Below are positions 1 to 16,827 of a DNA stretch of 64,000 nt, one piece after another. The notes beneath the pieces were generated by a model, which saw nothing but the letters and a program-made list of their open reading frames with translations, searched no databases and was not told where the DNA came from. How positions within the stretch are numbered: the first letter of the stretch is position 1; each line of letters begins with the position of its first letter. A program made the translations under genes and the position numbers. Where the stretch lies: assembly GCA_039096225.1 (NCBI GenBank), contig JBBPEB010000005.1, forward strand, positions 310,001 to 374,000. The letters run 5' to 3'. The DNA is from Blastocystis sp. Blastoise. Lineage: Eukaryota > Protista > Bigyra: Opalinata.

Positions 1-163
1 TAATATATAGAATAATAAATATAATATATATATATACAAATTGATTATTAGCTAATAAGAATGAATCAATAGTTAGTGCATTGAATGCTAATTGAGGCTC
101 ATTTATTTGGCATTCACTTTTATATACTAATATCTCTTTCTCACCTGAATATTTTTCATAGTT

Positions 164-217
<54 letters not shown>

Positions 218-927
218 AGGATATTTGAAATCTTATAAAACACTTTGGCATTGTTTCCAGAAGGACATTTTAAGCCTATTAATAATAATAATAATAAACA
301 TAATAATAATAAACATAATAATAATAAACGTAATAAATATAAACATAATAATAACATTATATAAATACCTGATAATTGAACATTAAAATTGAGTTTTCCA
401 GTTTCATTTTGAATTTCTTCATAATCAATGTGAATAGTTCCTGATTGTTCTCTTTGAGAACATTCGATAGAAGCATTAAAACCATCTATACCATTAACTA
501 CTTCAGCTAATGTACATTTCACTTGACCAATTAAATCCTGTTCACTTAAAACTAAATTTTCAGAATTAGATGCTTCTTTATCAGCATCATATATAACAAA
601 TTTCATATGTTGAATTGTTTCAAATTGATAAAGTAAATTAATATGACGAACAAATTTTGGACTTTTACAATCAACAACGACTTCAGTTCTACCTATTTCT
701 ACATATTGACCATTCTTCTCTTCATAGACAACGACAAAAGCATCACTTTCACTAAGTTTATCCAACTTTGGTAAATTATTACAAGATATAGCTAAAGAAG
801 CTTTTGAATATAAAGTAGGTCTTGTAGAAGTAGCAAAAGTAGCTAATTCGTCACTTTCATTGAAACCCATTGGTTGTTGAGATACTGCATCAACAGCAAA
901 ATCAGAAGAAGATACACAATTACCCAT
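1..927 (-). CDS. Copine (C2-C2-vWA family) Ca2+/phospholipid-binding protein, 3'-partial; exons 927-369, 275-225, 144-38, then continues off the window
   Basis: C2A motifs ISCNNLPKLDKLSESDAFVVVY, EIGRTEVVVDCKSPKF, YQFETIQHMKFVIYDAD. The spliced C2B reads LSGLKCP...VFYKISSEKEILVYKSE. N-terminal MGNCVSS fits myristoylation plus palmitoylation, as in plant BONZAI copines. Confidence 0.9.
145..224 (-). other. U12-type intron with AT-AG termini (copine intron 2)
   Basis: 5' site ATATCCTT at 224-217, branch-like ACCTTTAAC at 169-161, then TATGAAAAATATTCAG|. This join restores the C2B frame, and exon 2 offers no in-phase GT donor. Confidence 0.75.
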
Positions 928-1190
928 AAATTAAAAATATAAATAAATAAATAATATTTTTCGTGTTCGAGTAAAAGAACAAATTTAAAAAAGAACTGTA
1001 TTAATATGAAAAGAATTCGATACTGAACCCAGGGGTAAATAGTCGGCAGAAATGCATTCCCTATTTTCAGAAAACTGAAATTTTTTGTTATTACTAAATA
1101 TATAATAAAAGAGAACTATTTCAGGATATTTCAGATTTAGATTTAAAAAAAAATAATTTCTTTCTATTTTGATTTAACGATTATTTCAAA

Positions 1191-2921
1191 ATGAAAGAAA
1201 ATATACGATTTGATATCCATCAGATCGAAAGTATTCAGAACGATGTTTTCCACTTTGAAAGATTAATTAGTGATTTGATAGGAGTCTTAACTAGTTCGAT
1301 AGGATTTTGTATTCATTCAGGCGATTCTGTGAATCAATTGCTGAAGCGATTCGTCAATGAATTTGAAGGAATTCAAAAAGAAAAAGATAGCAATTCAAGG
1401 ATAACTATAAAAGAACCTAGTTTTATACATGAAATGAATCATTTGAATAATGACAATGATGTTGATTTAGATGTTGAGCATATTCGTTTTTCAAATAGAG
1501 GAGTATTATATTCATTACCAAAGAAAACTATTGATAAAATGGTCGGTAGTTTTATTTATGATCAATATAAATCTAATATTCGATGTAAAGATGGTTCTAT
1601 CTATCTAGATTATTCAGGAGATGATACTTGTGTTCCTTTTCTTATAGATTTCTTAATGAATAAATCAGTTAATATAAAGAATATATGTTTAAAGGATCAA
1701 CTGGATTTAGTTGAGTTATTTGAGTTTTGTAATCTTCCTCTTCCAGAAGAACTTATGTTGGTACGTGATGAGAAATCTCGTTGTTTTCGTTATAATCCAA
1801 AATATGGAATAAGACTCTATGTAAATGATATTGAAGATGAATTATTAAGTAAGTATTGTATTCAAAATAATATATTAAACAGGATTATTAATAAATATGG
1901 ACATGGTTATGTTGATTATAATCAAAGTAACAATAAGTTTTCGATGCATTTATATTATACATATATTTCTTATATACATGATTATATTCTTTCTCATCAA
2001 CTGTTTATTGATCCATCCATAATGAAAACGATTCAGAAAACTCAATTAGAAAATGAAATGTATGATTTATTTGGTATACAAGGAAAAAATGCTGTTATTG
2101 AAGGTTGGGGAATAAAGAAATACTTTAAAAATTCTTATATTGTAAATAGTGTAGAATTAGAAAAGCCTTTAATTATATGGTTAGGAGAAAAAAAGAAATG
2201 GAAATTATTATTTAGGTATGCTTTTGTTTTTTTATTATTTTTATTATTTTTATTATTTTTATTATTTGTATTATTTTTTTTTTTGTTTTTTTATTATTTT
2301 TATTATTTTTATTTTTTTTTGTTTTTTTATTATTATTTTATTATTTAGAGCAAGTGAACATGAATATAGAGCAAGTGAATTTCATAGTTATTGTGACAAT
2401 AAAGGAGAAACAGTTACTATAATCAAACATATAGGTCATAATAATCATATTAATATATTTGGAGGATATACTGATCAACATTGGGATTGTTCACAAAGTA
2501 TATTATTCTATAATAAACATTTTTTATGTGTTTATTATTCTTTTTATATATTCATAATTAATTATTCAATATAGGGAAAATATCTTATTCTAAAGAATTT
2601 TTATTTACTATAACAAATGAACATAATATGCCTCCTAGTCAATATGGTTATATAAGCATAGATACCTGTCGTAGAGAGGATTATGGTGGTGCTATTTATT
2701 GTAGTCAATCTTATGGTCCTTGTTTTGGTCACATTTATGATAGTCATCAACTGCTTATTTGTGACAATTGTCATACTTCAAATAAATCTTATTGTTATTC
2801 TGGTTATTATGCTATCAATACTACACCTCAAAACTATTCTTTATTTGTAAATACTAATGCAACTAATTCAGAAAACTTTTTTATCGTCGATGATTATGAA
2901 GTCTGGGGAATCGATAACTGA
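1191..2921 (+). CDS. BTB/POZ-like (KCTD/T1-type) + TLDc domain protein, paralogue 1; exons 1191-2215, 2349-2497, 2575-2921
   Basis: TLDc motifs WKLLFRASEH, FHSYCDNKGETVTIIK, IFGGYTDQHW, FLFT, YGPCFG, DYEVW. N-terminal IRFSNRG...DGSIYLDY...FLIDFL resembles a T1 BTB. GT-AG joins are in frame. Confidence 0.85.
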
Positions 2922-4297
2922 ATCTTTTTTTTTTATTTAATTTTTCTAAATTTTTATTACAATGATTTTCTACATTTTGTTTGCTACTCTATTTTATTAT
3001 TTTATATTTTAACCTTTTTTTTTTAAACTATTTTTTTATTCATATCCTAGAAAATGTTTATAAAAATCAAGTAGAACCAATATGCTAAATAATTTCTATT
3101 CAGTTATTTTTTAAATCTTATTAATATTTGTAGAATTATAATATATGTTCGTGATTAACTTTTCAAATGATGGTTGAAACTGATCAATTTCTTTGTACAT
3201 GAATGCTTAAAAATAACAACATTCTTCACGACAATACTTAATCACAATTGATTCATGTATCTTATGATTCCCCATATATCTACTTAACATTGACAGCCTT
3301 GCTTTCATAATAATATCTATAAATAAAAGAATCTATTACATTAATCCATTAATACAAATCCAATCTATCATGGATCATCAGAGAAACATCGCATAAATCG
3401 CTCCTCATCTATAATTTTATCTTTTGCGTTGCAATACAACACAATCAATCCATTTCATGGTTTCAATCTCAATATATTTTATCGTAAATGACTCTAACAC
3501 TTGTCTATTTTCCAAAGCATATACATATATTCATTTTCAACTTAGATATCATCAGTTCATGATAAAAAAACAATAATAAAACTAATCTTGGGAAAATAAT
3601 CAAAGTTCTCCTTTAAATTATACAAAACTATGATTATTTCAAATCAATAAAAAACATATTCATAATATCTCATAGAACAAATATTCGAATGATATTCATA
3701 TATAATATGCATTCACAGGGTCTGATACACAAATATGAATTAAAATAACTAGTTTATTTCCTTCTTAAATGCAATAATACATGTTCTGTATGATTAAACT
3801 GAATAAAAAAATAGTCTCTGCTGCTATCTCACACCTGCTATATCACTTTACAATAAATAGCCTCCTTTATTACAGAAAGAAAACTGTAATTCATTATTCT
3901 ACTTTATAATATTCTGTTGAAATAATTGTTATGTATTCAGTATCTCGCATATCATCCTTTGTAAATCTCGAAAGAATGATACATGAAGTTATAGAACTAC
4001 CATTTTGTTATTTTCTTATTTACAGTTCATTTTTCGTGTTTTTCTTACGGTTTCGTTCCTATGAAGAACCATATTTAGAATACAATTCACATGATTAAGA
4101 AAATCGGAAGAAAAGAATATGTTCAGTTCTAAAGAAATATGAGCCAGTGCTTTTTGGTTAGAAAAGAGGGTATCTTACTATACGGTTCTTTTTTTGTTAT
4201 AACTGTTTCAATCATAAATAATTATTATTTCTTATTGAAATACATATATTTATTATATAAAGTTAATTTATTTTCGCTCTTCATTATTTATTTTAAC

Positions 4298-5795
4298 ATG
4301 AATTCCAATCAACAAATTTTTTCGATGCTTAATTATGCTCGTGGTGAATTTTACAACAAAAACTATGAAAATAGTATTCAATCCTACGACAATTTGGTAC
4401 ATTACATTGAGTCAGTTCTCCCTACTTTATCTCCTTCTGACCAAATGGAAATGAGAACCGCTTTAGAAACTTATAAAAGTGAAGTTAGTTATGTAAAAGG
4501 TGAATATAAAAGAATTGTAGGCCATTCTTCTAATGCTGATGTTCCTGAATCTCAACAAGAAGTATCTCCTGTTGTTCCCTCTGAAGAATGTATAGCTTCT
4601 TCTGTTCCCTCTGAAGAATGTAAACAACAAAAGTCTTCTGAAGTTCCTGAAAATACTCAAAAACAAGAAGAAAAAAATGAAACAATTGATAATACTCCTT
4701 TCGTGACTAAACAAGAAAATGTCTCTGAAACTATAGATAATAAATCAACTCCTCTTTTAAAGCCATTTATATTTGATATATTATATTATATATTATTTAT
4801 TATATATTTAAAATATTTATAATGTAAAAAAATATATTATGTATTAAAATATTTATAATATAATAAATATATTATATATTTAAAATATTTATAATATAAT
4901 AAATATATTATATATAGTACCCAATCCTTTAGAAGAAAAAACTCATATTAATGTATATTATTATTCAAATTTTTTTTTTAATAAATATTATAAATACTTT
5001 ATAATAATAATTAAAAAATTATACTATAATGAATATATATAGAATAAAACAAGAGAAGATTTAGAACAATTAAAAATGAAAACAATTGCTCTTGTTCAAT
5101 TAGGTCTTGAAAACTCAAAGAAAATGGATAAACAATATCATGTATATTTATTATTATAGATTGAAACAAATATTTTGAATACTATTATTCAATTTTTTTT
5201 TATTTATAGATATCTGAAAAAATCAATGAATTTGGTGATAAAATAATAAAGTTTGATGATGAACATCATGTTAGTCAATCTATTGTAAATGGACATATTT
5301 GAATTATATTATTATATAATAATTCTTATTAACATTATTTTATATATATATTATTACTTTTATTATAATAATTCTTATTAACATATATATATATAAATAT
5401 TAATACTTATAATAATTCTTATTAACATATATATAAATATATATATTAATACTTATAATAATTCTTATTAACATTATTTTTCAGCAAATAATATAACTAT
5501 TATTACTCTATAGGGACTTCAAAAAGCACTTTTAGTTACTTTAAAAGCATTGTCGAAGATGATGCGAGCTATTGCTAATTCTTTTGATAATAACAAATCA
5601 GCTAAAATAGATAGAATAACTACTCCAAAAACATCTATTGATTGTAATGATAATAATTCAGATATGTCTTCTTTTCAAAAACCTATTCAATTAGATTCTT
5701 CTAATGCTGGAAATCAACCTTTATATATATTCCCTTCCCAAGACCCTTCTTCAAAATGTCCTCCTCCTCTTCCCAAAAAACCTACTAATAACTAA
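4298..5795 (+). CDS. Hypothetical multi-exon protein with a katanin-p60-like MIT helical N-terminus and a Pro-rich C-terminus
   Basis: MLNYARGEFYNKNYENSIQSYDNLVHYIE...YKSEVSYVK resembles vMIT. Downstream exons (about 5043-5141, 5210-5284, 5514-5795) join in phase 0. The true start is probably ATG 4298 rather than 4139. The first intron is unresolved. Confidence 0.6.
4562..4621 (+). repeat. Coding 30-bp tandem duplication (VSPVVPSEEC / IASSVPSEEC)
   Basis: Two copies ending GTTCCCTCTGAAGAATGT. Confidence 0.85.
5316..5480. repeat. Intronic repeat, 4 copies of ATAATAATTCTTATTAACAT
   Basis: Motif recurs at about 5316, 5365, 5409 and 5455. Confidence 0.75.
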
Positions 5796-7025
5796 ATTAT
5801 ACATATATATATATATATATTAAATAATTGTTGGGATTTTCTTAGTTTAAATTTGTGATTTTTGTTTATTTGTTTTTTTTGTAATATTTATGCAAATGTT
5901 ATTTATTTGTTCATTATATATAATTTGTTATTTAGTTTTATCATTTTATATAGATTTATAGTTGATTCAATATTAACTTGGCTTTGTTTAATTTTTTTAT
6001 TATATATATATATATATATTATCAACTATAAACAATAAAATGATTTGAAGAAATTCTCACATTTAATAAATATAGTCATTAAAAAACATTATTTTCAATA
6101 TCTTTTTTCAAATATATTTATATAACAATCAAGATATTTAATATAATACATAGTATTATTCTTTTTTCCATAAATATATTATTTAAAATATTCAAAACGA
6201 CTCTTTAAAAGCAACTTATTATAAATTCACTAACTATTGATGAAATACTTATCGATTTCATCTATCAATTCATTTAAAATGTCTTTTTTCTTTGTAAAAG
6301 TACTCGAGAATCGAAACACCTTTTCCATTTTTATTTGAAGCCATAAAATATTCTTTTTAAGCATAATAATTACGTCATTACGTATTAAACATCATTTGAG
6401 TGATATAGAGATGCTTTTTCATCAATAGTTGAGAACTTAATTCATCTTTATTCTTTGAAATATCCATCACAAGTATAGCTTTGAGATCAGTATTAAAAAT
6501 CACAAGTAGGTCTTATAGACATTCAAACAATACAAAAAAAATCAAAAAACAAAGAGCAAACCTTTTCTGGAAGCAAATTAAAAAATAAAAGACAAATAAT
6601 TGGATGATTGTATATATGGATTCATTAATTATAAAAATGAATAGCGAATAAAAAGACTGTGAAGAGTCATACAATTTGGTATAATCAGGAACCAGTAGGG
6701 TCCCAAACCCTATAGAAATACGTAAAAATAGGGTCATGAATCGAAGATGACCAGAAGAAATTGAATAATCACGGTTATGAGTAGAGAAATGAAGCGAAAG
6801 ATGAATTTCGAAATGGATGAATGTGTAGTAATTAGGAGCCATATGATTTATATAGACAAATAATATGGAGTTTCATGATATTGAAACTATGAATTTTTGA
6901 AGAAGAAGAAAAGAAAAAGGAAACTGGATATTAGAAATGGTTTATAAGATGAGTTGAAGAGTTTGTTCATAAATTTATTTATCAAACAATTTAATTTTAA
7001 GCTTTATTTTAAAAGTTATATCATA

Positions 7026-7127
7026 ATGGGTAAGGATCACGCTGCTAAGGAAATGAAAGGCAAGAAGGGTAAGAATGCTCCTAAGACTGAAGCCCCTGCT
7101 ACTGAACCTAAGGAAGAAAAGAACTAA
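7026..7127 (+). CDS. 33-aa Lys/Glu/Ala-rich microprotein MGKDHAAKEMKGKKGKNAPKTEAPATEPKEEKN
   Basis: ATG..TAA, intronless GC island in AT-rich DNA. Lys codons are almost all AAG, unlike neighbouring genes. Below the ORF-track length cut-off. Confidence 0.7.
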   Translation: MGKDHAAKEMKGKKGKNAPKTEAPATEPKEEKN

Positions 7128-7758
7128 ACTAAGTGATGTTTCCTCTCTGAACTAGGCTAAATAAACGATTTTTCTATGAGATAACTGCTAGATTCTTTCT
7201 TTGATTTTCTTATTATTTAATAATTGAATCATTGAACCATTTCTCTCTCTTGTTTATATATGTTAATTCGCTATTTGCTATTTTAATTGAATTGTTTTGT
7301 TTGACATAATTTGTCAATTGATTTTAAATAATGATTTAGCATATGAATATAGATGATACAAATACGAATGAGTTATCGAATAATTGAATTGTATTTTCAG
7401 CTAATAATTTGCTTTAATAAATAACTGATTTAAGCATTTAAACAAATGACTATTAAATTTCTTATAAATTTATTCATTATGATGTATTCTAAGTCAAATA
7501 GATGCTTAACTTTAGTTAATTATTAAAAGTATTTTATATATTATATTCATAATTTATAATGTCTGTATTTGTTTGATATATTCTGTAATGAAAGTACATT
7601 TATATATATTGGACAGAATTCTAAAAAATATAGTTCATATTAAATTACATATTTTATTTATATATAAAAGAATAAAGAGGATGATTATATTAAAAAAACA
7701 TTAAACATCATAAGATTATTAGATTTATATATATATATTATATATATTATATATATTC

Positions 7759-9279
7759 TCAAATACTATCCCATACTTCACAATCTTCAACAATAAAGTT
7801 GTTTCTGTTACTAGAATTATTTGTATTTACAAATAAAGAACATTCTTGAGAACTATTTTTCTGAGAAAAGTAACAATCACCACAATATATTTATTATTAA
7901 TAGTAAAATTGCTACTCATAGGTATATCACATCTATCACCAAATCTTGGACCATAATTGTTATTGCAAGTAATATAAACAACTAGAAACATGATCATATT
8001 GAGTAGGTTGAATACCATGTTCATTACTTAAATAGAAATTCTTTAGAATAGTTTTTAGAACCTAAATAAAAAAGAATATAATAAAAAATATTCAATATAT
8101 ATATGTATTATCTGAACCATCCCAACTTTGCACTATATATCCTCCAAATATATTCATATGATTATCATCACCTATATGTTTGATTAAAGTCACTGTTTCT
8201 TCTTTATTGTCACAATATTTATGGAACTTGTTTGCAAAATAATTATATTTACTTGCTCTAAATAATAATTTCCATTTCTTTTCTTTACCTAGACAATTCA
8301 CTAAGAATTCCTCAAGTTTTCTTTTAATAACCGCTGATTGTTTGAACCATCTTTTCTTTATCGCTTCCTTTACAGCTTCTCTTCCTTGATCACCAAATAA
8401 TTCAATCATTTCTTTCTCGAATAATCTTTATTAGTAGCATTAATATTTATCTTCTTGTATATCTATATATCTACAATTCACATATTGAATAATTTATTCA
8501 CATATTCATATTTCTTATCTATATATAAAATAGAATTATCGGATCATAATCAAGAAATCTATTATTATAATTCATTATATATTTTTTTCCATAATTTTTT
8601 ATTTATTAAATAATTTTAATAGTATCTTTTTTCCTTCCATTTATAATTAAATCTATTTCATCTTTTTCTTCTTCATATTTCTTCTTCTTTCGATCTCTTT
8701 TTACTTTACATCTATTAATTCTAAAGGAATCACTAATCCACAAAATTCAAATAAATCCAATATTTTTAATTGCTTTTCATAAGAAAATTGATTAAAATAT
8801 ACTTTCTTTCCATTTAAATAATCTAATAAACAATAAACAGAACCATCATTTCCTCTATAATCAAGATATAAAGTTCCATCATTTGCTCTATATTATTCTT
8901 CACGTTGTTCTTCAATATACGAACCTTTCAAAGTATCTAAAACAAATTTTAATATTTGAAATACAGGACCATTATTAGTAAATCTAATGAAATCCATATC
9001 ATTATCATCTTTATCATCCATATTCACATTCATATCTTCATTATTATTACTTTCATAAACACATTTCTTTTCAAATTCATTATTTTCACCTTCCTTTTCA
9101 ATACAATCATTTCCAATATGTTTTATAAGTCTATTAATCGGCATTCCAGAATGTATACCAAGATTCATTACTGATCCAAATACATTAACAACATCTTTCA
9201 TCAATTCTTCATATACATTGATATCCTCCTTCAACCTATTGAATTTATCAATATCAAATAACACCTTTTCTTTCACCAT
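7759..9279 (-). pseudogene. BTB-like + TLDc paralogue 2, pseudogene
   Basis: Homologous to 30968-32687 (MVKEK..., DGTLYLDYRGNDGS, KKWKLLFRAS, IFGGY, YGPRFG, EVW). It has a premature TAA at 8893-8895, several frameshifts, and a lost GT donor at intron 2. Confidence 0.85.
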
Positions 9280-10809
9280 TAACGAAATAATGCTAATTAA
9301 ATAAATATAGTTGTTTCCCTTGTTTATTTGGTTTTTTAATTAATTTCTTTTATTTCTTTATTCTTCTCGTATTATTCATATATAATTTTTAATATTATAT
9401 TAAATAATAAATATTCAATATAATCTACAAAAATCTGCTAAGGATTCTTAAAATAGAACGTTCTTTGTCCATCTTCACTTCATTTATTATTTTAAATAGA
9501 TAATTGAATAATAATTAAAAATATAGAAGATACCAGAAACAGAAATGTATGTCTAATCAATTTATATTTCTTGCATAATCTACATTTTGATTAATAAGTC
9601 TCTTATTTTTAACAGATATGTTCCTATTATTATTTACAATATATCCATACATTTATATATGATAATTATTACTTATCTATAAGTGAATAACTCTATTCTT
9701 TTGTTAATCATTCCCGATTTCTGACTATATTTAATACATTATTGTTTATTTTTATATTATATTTATATAATATGTTTCTATTACTCAGAATGAATTACTT
9801 CTATAGTCTATTGATACAAAAATCTCTCCTTTTTTCTATCTGCTTCTTACTCATCCATTTCTATTTTACACTATTTTATTCTCATAATTTTTTATGCGAT
9901 AATTTATCATGATTTTTTCTACTAATCATAACCATGATTATTTATAATATATTATATATGAATAACAACTCTTTCTTAATGATATATTCTAAGAAATAAT
10001 TTTATTTTTAGTGTATAGTGATTGTATGTCACTAGTATTATAAATTATGTATATGTGAATAATTTAAATTTATTTTATAATACATGTATTTTATAATTCT
10101 TAAAGAAGAATTTATATAATAGAAATTTTTATTATGAAATAATATTATAATAATTAAATTATGAACAATTCATATAACTATTTGTAATCTATATTTTTAA
10201 ATCATTAAAATAAATAAATTTTATCTACAAATTCTAATAAATTAAGGAAAAAATGAAATTATAATATATCATAAATGTAAGAAATAATTAATGAATTAAA
10301 ACTATATATTTCTTACATTTTGACACTTATTTTGAAACTACTTTAGAAATAAAAATCCTTTTATATAATTAAACTACAAATAAAGTTATCAAAAAAGTTA
10401 TAATTTTTTTATATTTTTTCAATATATGAAGACAAATAGGTTTTATGAAAATTATTTTTTCTTTAGTTTTATAATAATATATGTTATAAAATAATTATGG
10501 TTATCCATATTCAGGACATCATTGTCAGAACAATACTCCTATAAACTTATTTTTCTATTTATTGTTAACAGAGTAATTAATTAAAATAGTATAATAATGA
10601 ATTCATAATATTCACAAAAAATACTTTATATATATTGAACAACTGTTACCATTAATTACATTATATTTAGTTACAACTCTAAAAAACACAAAAAAAATAA
10701 TTCTTTATATATAGAATTAATAAAACCATTAAGAATAAATAAAAAAATATAATTAAATGTAATAATAAAAATTATAAATAATTATATATACAAAAAGAAT
10801 TTAATATAT

Positions 10810-14823
<4,014 letters not shown>

Positions 14824-16827
14824 TACTTGAATTCAACTATAATGACAAAATGATTATAAATTAGTATGCTTAAAAGATAGCATTATAAATAAGCAATAAA
14901 TAAATACTCTTTTAATAACTATAATATCTTATATTTATAAATAATCATTGAGATAACAAAGAATAAAACTTGCAATATTTTTGAAAAACCAGATTCACGA
15001 ATTTAGATGATTTATGACTAAGTTTATATGTAATTTTCAAGAATCTGGTAATTCAGTCATTTTCAGATAATTTTCATTTTTTTATAAGAAATGACTAAAG
15101 TTACGTTTTTCTAATAAATTATTTCTTTTTATTAAAAAATAAATTCAGTATGTGTTTTTCTCTAAATCTTGAATACTTTCAGAATCAATAATAAGAAAAT
15201 AAACTGTAATTGTGTCATTTATGTGCAATAATAGTGTATATATTTTTCTTTAGTCCATATTAGTGATATCAGTGTATCTTCAACTATTGAATCACTACTT
15301 ATTCTACAAGAATTATCCAATTTTGAAGATAATTGAGAAGATTACCACTTTTCTTTATCAATATGCATCCAGAGATCTTTATCAGCAAAACTATTGATTT
15401 TCAAAGTATTATTCATATGGTTAATTTGTCAATTTTATATCAGATTATTATGGTGTGTCTGATTTGTTCTTCATGTAATTTTTTACAAAATAGAATGGTG
15501 TTCAAATATATTTCTATGCTTTCTCTGTATATGATTATTATCTTAAAATAAGTAACAGATGAATAAGATTAATGATTTTAGTAAAAAGAACAAAACTATC
15601 CAAGAATAATAATGATATATATTAGCATAATGAATAGAAAAAATATATTATGAAAAACGTCTACTTTCCTAATATTATACGAATATAAAATCCTTTGTAT
15701 TTATTTATTATTATAAACCTAATGGTCAATTAATATTTGTTAAGTATGCAGATATCAAAGCAACTCGTGTATTATAATATATATGAATATTTCATTCAGT
15801 ATTATTCAATACATTTTTTTTTATTTTATTGTTATTATATTTTTAATTCTATAAAATATAATTTTCATTTATTCTGTTGTTAATATATTTTTATATAATT
15901 AATGGATATTTAAAATGTAATATTTGATGAAATTAATTCATTTTTTTAATTTTGAGACTTTTTCTATTATAAATAATATATATATATTTTTAATATACAG
16001 CATACTATTATTATTTTATAATAAATAAGAGTCTATTTTTTTTAACAAAGAAATCATAAAAATATGTTATTCGTATTTAGATAGATAATTATTTTTAATA
16101 ACAACACATTAAATATTTTTTATTCTATAGATAAATTCCATTGAAAACATTCATAGTCTTCTTTATTTATATAAATAATACAATAGATAAGAAGGAATGA
16201 AGATATATATACACTTATTGAAAGTAATAATAAAATACCATTAAAACACTGAAAACACTTCGTGAACATTAAAAAATCTATTCTTATTTATATATTACTC
16301 ATTTTATACTTATTGAGAACTTATTAAGAAAAATGTTAACAATAAAGAAATTCTATTCTTATTTATTAAAAAAACCTCTTCTTATGGAAAATTAATTCAA
16401 TGCATATACTTTTATATATAACAAAAGTATTTATCCTATTTTCTATATTAATGAAAATAAAGAAAAGATCAATTAAAATAAGAATTTTGTGTATTTATGT
16501 TCAATTTAATAAATATATATATATGCTTGACAAATATTTTTAAAGAATACCTAATTTATAAAATGATTTTTAATTCATTCGTTTACTATGAATAATAAAG
16601 ATAAACAAAGTAACATTATTTATAAATATTATTATATAAAAAACAAGTACAAAAATTAAAATAATAATAATTAAAACAATATTCTAATAGAATAATACAT
16701 AATATATTTCAATAGAACACAAATAACTTTATAATAGATGATGAGTAATATTCATAAATCAAATTGAAATCCTTAATTTCTCATTAATAAGAAAAAAACA
16801 TAATTAAAGAATAAATTAAACTGCTTT

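Noticed and set aside
168-224. AT-AC reading of copine intron 2
   Set aside because: It shifts the frame to LTMKNIQVRKRY*; the AT-AG join restores C2B homology and leaves a branch motif inside the intron
5316-5480. CRISPR-like repeat-spacer pattern
   Set aside because: Intronic, with low-complexity and mutually similar spacers, a eukaryotic context and no cas genes
5793-5900. Polyadenylation-completed stop codons with a downstream TGTTTGTT motif (Blastocystis-type)
   Set aside because: Every complete gene here has a genomic stop codon; only loose GT-rich 3' tracts are seen
6513-6842. 109-aa minus-strand ORF and other antisense ORFs (4463-4714, 8956-9174, 17526-17738, 30823-31110, 36490-36935, 61583-61861)
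   Set aside because: No recognisable motifs; most are shadows of real genes on the opposite strand
8893-8895. In-frame TAA as a sign of stop-codon reassignment
   Set aside because: The same gene has frameshifts, and intact genes end in TAA, TAG and TGA without internal stops
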